Below are positions 10,055 to 17,957 of a stretch of 64,000 nt of DNA, in pieces (the first letter of the stretch is position 1; each line of letters starts with the position of its first letter). The stretch is from the NCBI GenBank assembly GCA_046483985.1, contig JAWOCD010000040.1, positions 1-64,000 of the forward strand. The letters run 5' to 3'. The notes under the pieces are model-generated. The model saw nothing but the letters and a program-made list of their open reading frames with translations. It did no database searches and had not been told where the DNA came from. The DNA is from Promethearchaeia archaeon. Its GTDB lineage: Archaea; Asgardarchaeota; Lokiarchaeia; Sigyniarchaeales; SOKP01. The translations under genes and the position numbers were made by a program.

Positions 10055-10837
10055 ATGAGGACAGTGGATAAACAAGAACAAAAAATAAAGGATAGCGAAG
10101 GAAAAGAGATAGATGTGGAAGGGATCATAGAATCTGAAAAAAAGGATGAAGATGAAGATCTGACCACGCTCTTTGCTGTACGCACTACGATTAATCAAGA
10201 AAGTAATGTCTTAAAACAGATATTTTATCGTTTTAAAATTTTGGATACTATTCCTGATATTAAAGCAATGTTGGTAAGTCCGCTATTACCAGGGTATGTA
10301 TTTTTAGAAGCCTCCCAGAAACGCGATGTCCAAGTTGCTATTCAAGGCATTTCCCATATTAAAGGAAGAATTGTGGGACAAATTAAGTTAGATGAGATTA
10401 AACACGTGTTAATTCCACGGTCCGTAACTGAGTTTCTCGAAGTGGGTGACAAAGTGGAGATCATTAGCGGAGTATTTGAAGGGTCTAAAGCCAAAATCTT
10501 ACGAATGCCCCATGACAGCTCAACAAGCGAGGAAGTGGTTGTTCGGTTATTACAAGAAGAAACTCCAATTACGATTAAAATTCATGGAGATTATTTAAAA
10601 CTTATCGAAAAGAAAAAAGAAAAGAAGGAAGAAAAGAAAGAAGAAATTCCGGAAATTCAATCAAAAATGGCGGAAGAAGAAGTCTCCACAGATTTGGATC
10701 AATTCAGTTTTGAAGATGAGATAGAGACAGATTTTGAGGATGATTATGTGGAATATGAGGACGAAACATATGAATATACGGACGATGAGGATGAATTCGA
10801 TGAGGATGACGAATGGGCTAAGTTTGATGGATTCTAA
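10055..10837 (+). CDS. spt5: Transcription elongation factor Spt5 (NusG family) with long acidic C-tail
   Basis: NGN domain (FAVRTTINQE, PGYVFLEA) and KOW domain (GDKVEIISGVFEG), followed by a D/E-rich tail. Confidence 0.88.
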   Translation: MRTVDKQEQKIKDSEGKEIDVEGIIESEKKDEDEDLTTLFAVRTTINQESNVLKQIFYRFKILDTIPDIKAMLVSPLLPGYVFLEASQKRDVQVAIQGISHIKGRIVGQIKLDEIKHVLIPRSVTEFLEVGDKVEIISGVFEGSKAKILRMPHDSSTSEEVVVRLLQEETPITIKIHGDYLKLIEKKKEKKEEKKEEIPEIQSKMAEEEVSTDLDQFSFEDEIETDFEDDYVEYEDETYEYTDDEDEFDEDDEWAKFDGF

Positions 10838-10935
10838 TTTTATATCTTTTTGTTTTTGTCATTTTCTTTTGCTAGTATTTTAATAGTTTAATTGATTCTA
10901 TTAGAGTAATTAATTGATGTTAAGTTGATCCCATC

Positions 10936-11688
10936 ATGATTAAGAATATTTTTATCATGAAAGCTGATACTGGGGAATTAATTTTTTATAAGGCCTTTCA
11001 AGATATCTTTAACATCAAATTAACGAGCGGATTTCTCAGCGCGATTTATTCCTTTGTAAAACAAACTCTGAAAACGCATAAATTAAACGAGATCGAAGTA
11101 GGACCCTTTCGCTTTATTTTCGAGATTGAGAAAATAGATGACACAGAACTGTTATTTGCGTTATTTAGCGACCGTACGGACAACTTAGTTGAGTTGCGGA
11201 AACAACTCATTGAAATTAAAAATGAATTTTTAGAGAAATACGATATTTCCTATGTAAACCGTAATTATGGGGGTGAGATCTCTCAATTTAGCGAGTTTGA
11301 ACAAAATATCAACGAAATCCTGGATAATAGTAAAGATATGATCTCAGAAGAAATTAGAAATGATATCTTAAAGGTCTTTAATGAACTTCATACATTTTCA
11401 TCGTTTGTTATCTCCTCTGCACTGTTAACGCAAACGGGACGGGTCATCGTATCCAATTTAGATGAGAAGGTGTTGTCGGAAATAATCCGATTACTGGAGG
11501 GGAGATTTCTCATAGGAAACAATACCATCAATGAACTCGTCACGCTCGAGAAGTTTGGAATATTAAGCTTGGCGGGCATAGAAGAAAATTATATTTCCGT
11601 GATACAATTCAAAAAAAGTTGTCCCTTTGAAACGGGCTTAATTATCGCAAAAAAATTCAAGAGCAGGATCAAAAAACTGATTTATTAA
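10936..11688 (+). CDS. Longin-like plus roadblock/LC7-like domain protein
   Basis: N-terminal IKNIFIMKADTGELIF...SGFLSAIYSF pattern (longin-like); C-terminal SSALLTQTGRVIVSNL (roadblock-like). Confidence 0.65.
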   Translation: MIKNIFIMKADTGELIFYKAFQDIFNIKLTSGFLSAIYSFVKQTLKTHKLNEIEVGPFRFIFEIEKIDDTELLFALFSDRTDNLVELRKQLIEIKNEFLEKYDISYVNRNYGGEISQFSEFEQNINEILDNSKDMISEEIRNDILKVFNELHTFSSFVISSALLTQTGRVIVSNLDEKVLSEIIRLLEGRFLIGNNTINELVTLEKFGILSLAGIEENYISVIQFKKSCPFETGLIIAKKFKSRIKKLIY

Positions 11689-11900
11689 GAGCGTTTGAAA
11701 TAAAAGGTAGCAAAAAATTAAAAAAAAACCGCCGAATTGACAAAATCAAAAATTGAATTTTGTCTAATCCAAAACTGATTTTTCTTTTGAATTAACTGGG
11801 ATTTGAATTATTATATATTTTTTCCTTTTTTTAAAAAATTTTTTAAAAAATACAATATAAACTAAAATAGTTTATATTGAAAAAATCGAAAAAAAAGTAG

Positions 11901-13223
11901 ATGAAAAAAATGTCAGATGAAGAAAGAACTAAATTTCAAACGCAAGCCATCAACGATGAGATTTTAGATAAGTTGAGCTTAAAGAACCGATATAAGTTTT
12001 TGAATACAAACATGCTTCCGTTATTGGAACCCGATGAGTTCAATTTCTTAAAAGAGGTTCAAAAATTTTGCCGTCGGTATGAAAAAAACAACGATATAAC
12101 CCACGGACCCGATGAAGATATTTACGATTGGATCGAAGATTTTGGAGAAGAAGGATACATAGACAGAGCAGATCAATTTGCAATGCTTGATAACGTTGAT
12201 TATGGAGATAAATGGGGTATGGCAATGGAAATTATGCGTTATATCGCCGTAGATATGTTCGATCCGCAATTTTCAATGGGTGCAGGAGCCACAGTCCTTG
12301 CGATCAATCCATTGATCGAACACCATGAGGAAATTCCAGTACGATTAGAAGCTTTGGAAGATATGGTAACCGGAAAATCGGCGGGATGTATTTTAATTAC
12401 TGAACCAGAGCGCGGATCAGATGCAGTTCATCAGCTTACGGAATGTGAGGAGCAAGAGGATGGAAGTTTTATACTAAATGGTACGAAAATCTATAATACC
12501 AACGCCCCACGATCCGATTGGGCAGTGGTCTATGCGACTGCAGAGAAAAATGTCGGTAGTAAAATGGCTCAATTTTTGGTCAACACCGAATGGGACGGCT
12601 GGAATTGTGACAGAATCTATATACCATGGGTTCCTAAACTCCATCTCGGAAAAGAAGAATTAGTGGATTTGAGAGTCCCTGAAGAATATGTTTTAGGTGG
12701 AGTAGGAAAGGGCCGTGCCCATCTTTTCGAAGGATTAGTCCCAGAACGCATCGGTATTGCAATGATGAGTTTAGCAGAATGCTGGGGAGCTGTTACACAT
12801 GCAGCAATTTATGCAAATAACAGAGAACAGTTTGACCAGATTATACTTAAATTCCAAGGAGTCGGTTTCTTACTTACTGATCTCTGGGCTAGAACAACCA
12901 ATTTAACTCTCGCATTAATGCGATTCGCTGAATCTTATGACGAAAAAATGGAGAAGTTCGGCGGAGAGATTCCAAAGAACATCTCACAAGCTCTCGTAGC
13001 ATCGGCAAGTCAAATGAAGTATCATTGTACTAAACTGTCGAAAGAGGTTTGTTATGAAGCCGCAAATTCAATGGGCGGGGCAGGCCTTTGTGATAACACT
13101 ATGATGCATGATTATTTGAACATCTCCCGAATCCAAGAAATTGTTGGCGGCTCACGACAAATTCAACAGTATATCATGAGTATGTCGTTGAGACAGCTTT
13201 ATAAAATGTCTGGAATTAGATAA
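11901..13223 (+). CDS. Acyl-CoA dehydrogenase family protein
   Basis: Motifs ITEPERGSD, LNGTKIYNTN, REQF, MGGAG, EIVGGSRQIQ. Confidence 0.93.
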   Translation: MKKMSDEERTKFQTQAINDEILDKLSLKNRYKFLNTNMLPLLEPDEFNFLKEVQKFCRRYEKNNDITHGPDEDIYDWIEDFGEEGYIDRADQFAMLDNVDYGDKWGMAMEIMRYIAVDMFDPQFSMGAGATVLAINPLIEHHEEIPVRLEALEDMVTGKSAGCILITEPERGSDAVHQLTECEEQEDGSFILNGTKIYNTNAPRSDWAVVYATAEKNVGSKMAQFLVNTEWDGWNCDRIYIPWVPKLHLGKEELVDLRVPEEYVLGGVGKGRAHLFEGLVPERIGIAMMSLAECWGAVTHAAIYANNREQFDQIILKFQGVGFLLTDLWARTTNLTLALMRFAESYDEKMEKFGGEIPKNISQALVASASQMKYHCTKLSKEVCYEAANSMGGAGLCDNTMMHDYLNISRIQEIVGGSRQIQQYIMSMSLRQLYKMSGIR

Positions 13224-13268
13224 GCGTAAAGCAGATTAAGGATTATTATAAATCGGTCTGTTAAATTA

Positions 13269-13299
13269 ACTTTTTCTTTTTTTTTATACTCTTTTTTTC
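13269..13299 (+). terminator. Oligo-T tract, likely archaeal intrinsic terminator
   Basis: Runs of T about 45 nt after the acyl-CoA dehydrogenase stop. Confidence 0.4.
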
Positions 13300-13411
13300 T
13301 AATATAAAATTCAAGGTAGATCAATTTCTCGCAATTAAGAGGTCTTTAGTAAATAATTAAGTTAATTAGCCCCTTCTCATTTTTTAATAGAGATGGAGGA
13401 ATATCATAATA

Positions 13412-14392
13412 ATGCGAAAAAAATTTGAGACATTACTCAAGCAAGTTACGGATCCGCGAACCCTTAAAAGAGCACAGCGTATTAAAAAATCCTCGCTGAA
13501 CATTATAGAAATAAATAAATCCGAGTCAATCGTTAAAGCGACTATTCAAGGTAGTAAAGTAGTACCTTATAAGTTGAATCTCAATCTATCTAATGGAGTA
13601 TTTTCCAAAAGCATAGAGCATGATTGCTCCGATTATTTACATAGAAGAAAAAAGAGAGGACAATTTTGCAAACACCTCGCCGTGTTATTTCAGCATGTAT
13701 TTGACCAAGATAATCACTTTGCGTGCACTTGTCTCAAGCAATTAATAAAGCAACGGGAAAATGCACTGCTTAGCCTCGAAGATAATGGAGATCTCAATCA
13801 CTTTATTTCTCCAGAGATTGAAGAAAATCTCCATTTTGAGTGCCACGGGTTTCAAGAGTTTTTTGAAAAGGTAAATTTAGACAAAATAACTCGTAATAAA
13901 CTTGAACTTATCCTCACAGAAGCAAAACAATACCCCGCCGCTTTAGGGGGGCATCATGGGGCATATCAAGGAGGATTATTTGACCACATTCTCTTGGTGA
14001 CAAATTATGCATATTATTTGCACAAAACCATGCATAACCAGACTGATCTTAAGAGGGTTGTGTTAACCGCGATCTACCACGATTTTGGGAAAATATCATA
14101 TTATGGATATAAAAAGAGCATCCCAGGTCGCCGCGTTCGAATTTCGAGAACAGCCTTACGAGACATACAAAGATATATCCAGTTAAAATATCAATATTCG
14201 GGAAAAGACCCTCATGTAGAAAGCGCATTAGGCGTGGTACGGAAATTTAATCTCCCAGCTGATCGAGAGATTGAGCGTGGAATAATTTTTCATCACGGAT
14301 CATGGAGCAAATATAAACCAAACGCCATGAATAAGATTGCCACGGTAGTGCACGTGGCAGATATGATGGCATCTCAGGTCCTCTATATTTAA
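13412..14392 (+). CDS. SWIM-type Zn finger fused to an HD-domain phosphohydrolase
   Basis: HDC-x-CKH SWIM-like motif; HD-domain motifs HHGAYQGGLFDH, YHDFGK, FHHG, HVADM (YhaM-like). Confidence 0.75.
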   Translation: MRKKFETLLKQVTDPRTLKRAQRIKKSSLNIIEINKSESIVKATIQGSKVVPYKLNLNLSNGVFSKSIEHDCSDYLHRRKKRGQFCKHLAVLFQHVFDQDNHFACTCLKQLIKQRENALLSLEDNGDLNHFISPEIEENLHFECHGFQEFFEKVNLDKITRNKLELILTEAKQYPAALGGHHGAYQGGLFDHILLVTNYAYYLHKTMHNQTDLKRVVLTAIYHDFGKISYYGYKKSIPGRRVRISRTALRDIQRYIQLKYQYSGKDPHVESALGVVRKFNLPADREIERGIIFHHGSWSKYKPNAMNKIATVVHVADMMASQVLYI

Positions 14393-14424
14393 AACCCTTG
14401 TGACAAACAAAAAGGATATTGAAA

Positions 14425-15288
14425 TTAAAAGACAAAATGGGTTAGCAACGTGCCAAAAACAACTGCTAAGACTACAATCACCATAAAATAAATCCAATTA
14501 TTTGTTAATATTTTCTTCTTTTCCGGTTCTACTTCTATTTCGGGCTGTTTTTCAATCTTTGAGGCTTTTTGAGGAGTCTTCTCTTTTGGTTTTTCTTTTT
14601 CCTGGTCTTTTACTTTAGATCTTTCCGCAAGGGATGCTTTCTGAGAAGATGGGGGACGTTTTACAATTGGAGTTTTAAATTTTCCCCCGTAAGCTTCCAC
14701 AGCTTCGATTATAATGGTTCTAACTTCTTCTGGAAGCTCTTCCCTCATGATCTTAAAATCATGGGACTTAAAATCAACACCAATCGTGAGTTGATAATTT
14801 TCGGAAAAATCGTCATCAATAAACGTTTTAATCAAGGTGGATTTCCCAACAGCTGCAGGTCCTGCCAATAAAACTTTAAATGTAAAATGACCCTCCCCTC
14901 GAATTTCTCCTAAACGGGGTCGTAAATCAAACAAGCACATAACAGCCAACCGATTGAACAATACATCGACATTGTTATTTTCCAAAGCGGAAGTCTCAAT
15001 ATATTCAAAAAGGTTAAAATTATTAACTTTTTTTAAGATCTCTTCGCGAGAAACAGTTTCTCCTATGCTTTCTTTAAGATCTGACTTATTTCCCACTAGA
15101 ACTATGGGAATATTATCTGTAATTTTTCGAAGCTCTTTATGATAAGTATCCACTTTTTTAAAAGTTTCCGGGCGACTTAAATCAAATACAATTGCGGCAG
15201 CAGCAGTTCCCTTAAAAAAGTCCTTCTTGATCTCTTTAAAACGCTCTTGTCCGCCCGTATCAACTATAGTCATCGATATTTTAATCAT
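14425..15288 (-). CDS. Circularly permuted Rab-like GTPase with C-terminal transmembrane anchor
   Basis: Motif order: G3 DTGGQERF, G4 GNKSD, G5 ETSAL, then G1 GPAAVGKST, G2 TIGVDF. Then a K/E/P-rich linker and the hydrophobic tail WIYFMVIVVLAVVFGTLLTHFVF. Confidence 0.8.
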   Translation of the reverse strand: MIKISMTIVDTGGQERFKEIKKDFFKGTAAAAIVFDLSRPETFKKVDTYHKELRKITDNIPIVLVGNKSDLKESIGETVSREEILKKVNNFNLFEYIETSALENNNVDVLFNRLAVMCLFDLRPRLGEIRGEGHFTFKVLLAGPAAVGKSTLIKTFIDDDFSENYQLTIGVDFKSHDFKIMREELPEEVRTIIIEAVEAYGGKFKTPIVKRPPSSQKASLAERSKVKDQEKEKPKEKTPQKASKIEKQPEIEVEPEKKKILTNNWIYFMVIVVLAVVFGTLLTHFVF

Positions 15289-15398
15289 TGTAAGCCTTCT
15301 CAGAAAACTCTTTTTTTTTCATTATATTATAAGGTTTTAAAAGTTATAAACATTATAAAATTATGAAAATAATAGATAATATGGGGAATAGTAGAGAA

Positions 15399-15587
15399 TT
15401 GAACTACCACGGCATAGATGGCGTGGATTCGTAATATATTGAGGATTGCTGACATAACATCAGTTTGACATCCTCTCCAAACACATTCACCGTAGTCCCT
15501 ACGGTAGATTCATTATGAGTAAAGAGCTTGATAGTATTTTCTTCTAATTGCTTTATCCCCTCTTTTTTGATATTTTTGGACACATTT
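15399..15587 (-). mobile_element. tnpB: IS200/IS605 remnant: tnpB 3' end plus right end (omega-RNA region)
   Basis: The minus strand translates to NVSKNIKKEG...STVGTTVNVFGEDVK...ESTPSMPW*, a typical TnpB tail, and ends in hairpin CCACGCCATCTATGCCGTGG-TAGTTCAA. Confidence 0.75.
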
Positions 15588-15801
15588 ACTAAATTTGATT
15601 AGAATAAACAGCTCAGATCTCAGAAATGATTATTGATTTCTTTTTCCTATTCTTGGATGATCCCCTTCAAGCTAATAATTTAAATTTAAAGAGCCCTAAC
15701 AGCGTTTCTTTTTTAAAATTTATAAATTAAAAGACTAACTTTCTTGTATATCGTATTTCTAGTTTTCTTAATACAATCATAAAAATTTAGTAGATGAGAT
15801 C

Positions 15802-17346
15802 ATGAAAATGATAAGATCACTTAATCCCGCAACTTTAAAAATTAATGAATCGATAAAAGAAACGAAATCAGAAGAATTGATAAATATCATAAAAAAAACG
15901 CGGAAAGTACAGACAACATGGAAAAAAACTAGATTACAAATAAGAAAAGAGTTAATGAGAAAGTTATTAGAGTATATTTCTGAAAATATGGATGATATCG
16001 CTAAGATTATCCATAATGAAACGGGCAAACCCCGGATTGAGGCAATCAATTCCGATATTATCGCTGGTTTGGGAACTATAAGATATACCATTGATGTCTT
16101 AGAAGAGGTGCTTAAACCAGAAAAAATTGAATTCACCGGGATGAAAATTCCCATGTGGTATATGGGACGGTCCTCTTACATCCATCCGCAGCCTTTAGGT
16201 GTACTTGGAATAATTTCTCCGTGGAATTATCCGTTCGGAATTCCATTTAGTCAAATCGTAATGGCGATCGCTGTTGGAAACGGGGTAATTCTTAAGCCCT
16301 CATCGGAAACACCGCTTATCGGACTAAAAATGAAAGAGTTATTGGAAAAAGTAGGATTTCCTAAAAACTTAGTTCAAGTGGTCCCGGGACGAGGGAGCCG
16401 AATTGGATCTGCCTTAGTAAAATCTGATGTTGATAGAATTATCTTTACCGGAAGTGTTGGCGTGGGAAAAAGGATTATGGAAATGGCGTCTCAAAAGATA
16501 AAACCCGTTACGTTAGAATTGGGAGGAAAAAGTCCCATGATAATACTGAAAGATACGGCTCTTAAAAGGACTGTGAGCGGTGCAATCTGGGGAAGCTTTG
16601 TAAATGCGGGGCAAACATGTGCTGGGATTAAACGGATTTATGTTCAAGAAGAAATTTATGATGATTTTCTCGAGTTGTTTAAACAAAAGGCGGAAAAATT
16701 AAAACAAGGTTGGGATTGGGACGATCCCGAAATTTCTATAGGACCCGTCATCAATGAAAGCGCATTAAAAGATATGGAAGATCATGTAGCGAGGGCAAAA
16801 GAGCAAGGAGCTACGGTTCTTACTGGAGGAAAGAAAAGAAATGACTTAAAGGGCTACTTTTTTGAACCCACAATTCTTATTAATCTTTCTCAAGATATGG
16901 ACGCCGTTCAAGAGGAAATTTTTGGTCCAATTGTAACAGTTCTAAAGTTTTCTTCCAGTGATCAAGCAGTTAAAATGGCTAACGATACCAGTTTTGGTCT
17001 ATTTGGTTCGGTTTGGACCACCGATCTCGAGAATGGAGAAAAAATTGCAAAGCAAATGACTATGGGAACAGTTGCCATTAATAATCATGTCTATACGTAT
17101 GGATTACCGCATACACCATGGGGCGGCAATAAGAACAGTGGGATAGGACGAACTCACGGTAAGTTCGGGTTTGAAGAACTGTTGGAGCCCCATCACATCC
17201 ACATTGATAACGGGAAAATTAAAGAGGATCCATGGTGGCAGCCCTATAATAGAGAGAAACTTAAATTACAATCGGATATCAATGACGTCTTATTCCGAAA
17301 AAAATACCTGAAAATGTTCAAATTAATAAAAAAGTTAAAAAAATAG
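15802..17346 (+). CDS. Aldehyde dehydrogenase family protein
   Basis: Motifs PWNYP, KPSSETP, FTGS, LELGGKS, GQTCA, EEIFGP. Confidence 0.95.
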   Translation: MKMIRSLNPATLKINESIKETKSEELINIIKKTRKVQTTWKKTRLQIRKELMRKLLEYISENMDDIAKIIHNETGKPRIEAINSDIIAGLGTIRYTIDVLEEVLKPEKIEFTGMKIPMWYMGRSSYIHPQPLGVLGIISPWNYPFGIPFSQIVMAIAVGNGVILKPSSETPLIGLKMKELLEKVGFPKNLVQVVPGRGSRIGSALVKSDVDRIIFTGSVGVGKRIMEMASQKIKPVTLELGGKSPMIILKDTALKRTVSGAIWGSFVNAGQTCAGIKRIYVQEEIYDDFLELFKQKAEKLKQGWDWDDPEISIGPVINESALKDMEDHVARAKEQGATVLTGGKKRNDLKGYFFEPTILINLSQDMDAVQEEIFGPIVTVLKFSSSDQAVKMANDTSFGLFGSVWTTDLENGEKIAKQMTMGTVAINNHVYTYGLPHTPWGGNKNSGIGRTHGKFGFEELLEPHHIHIDNGKIKEDPWWQPYNREKLKLQSDINDVLFRKKYLKMFKLIKKLKK

Positions 17347-17404
17347 TTGCTTGGATTTTGACCAGAGGAGGAAAAAGTAGAAAGCCTTTATTTTGGAAAA
17401 AAAT

Positions 17405-17797
17405 TCAATAATCGATCTTAGATCCGCATTCTGGACAATATTTTCCACGCGCTCTTGCTCCACATAACGGACAAAATTGATGGCTCTCATTTGGTTTTGT
17501 CGAGCTTACTTCCTCTTCATAAGTTGTTTCTATCACATTTTCTCTTCTTATATTTTGGTTGCGTTGATATTGGGGTCTTATATTAGCTTGACGATTCTCT
17601 TGGCGTTCCGAATAATTCCATCTCCTTTTTTCCATCCTCTTTGCACGATTTTTACTGGAGATCCCGGTGCATAACAGACAAAGTCCAAGAAATGTCGTTG
17701 AGAACATAAAAGGAAACCACAATAGTAAGGTCCAATCTAAAATTATTAAGATCAAACCTAATGCAATCAAAATATTGCTTCTCTTGTCCGAGTCCAT
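17405..17797 (-). CDS. Small membrane protein with C-terminal double Zn ribbon
   Basis: Two N-terminal hydrophobic segments; CPLCG...CPECG. Confidence 0.75.
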   Translation of the reverse strand: MDSDKRSNILIALGLILIILDWTLLLWFPFMFSTTFLGLCLLCTGISSKNRAKRMEKRRWNYSERQENRQANIRPQYQRNQNIRRENVIETTYEEEVSSTKPNESHQFCPLCGARARGKYCPECGSKIDY

Positions 17798-17957
17798 TTT
17801 ATTTATCTTTTTTTTCCTTATTTATATTATTAGAAATAAAATTAGCATAATAATTTAGCTATATATTTTGCTGTGAACATGAGATTTTAACAAATCAAAA
17901 ATTCCATATTCTATTATGATTTATAATAAGTATAATACTATTCTATATGACCTTCTT

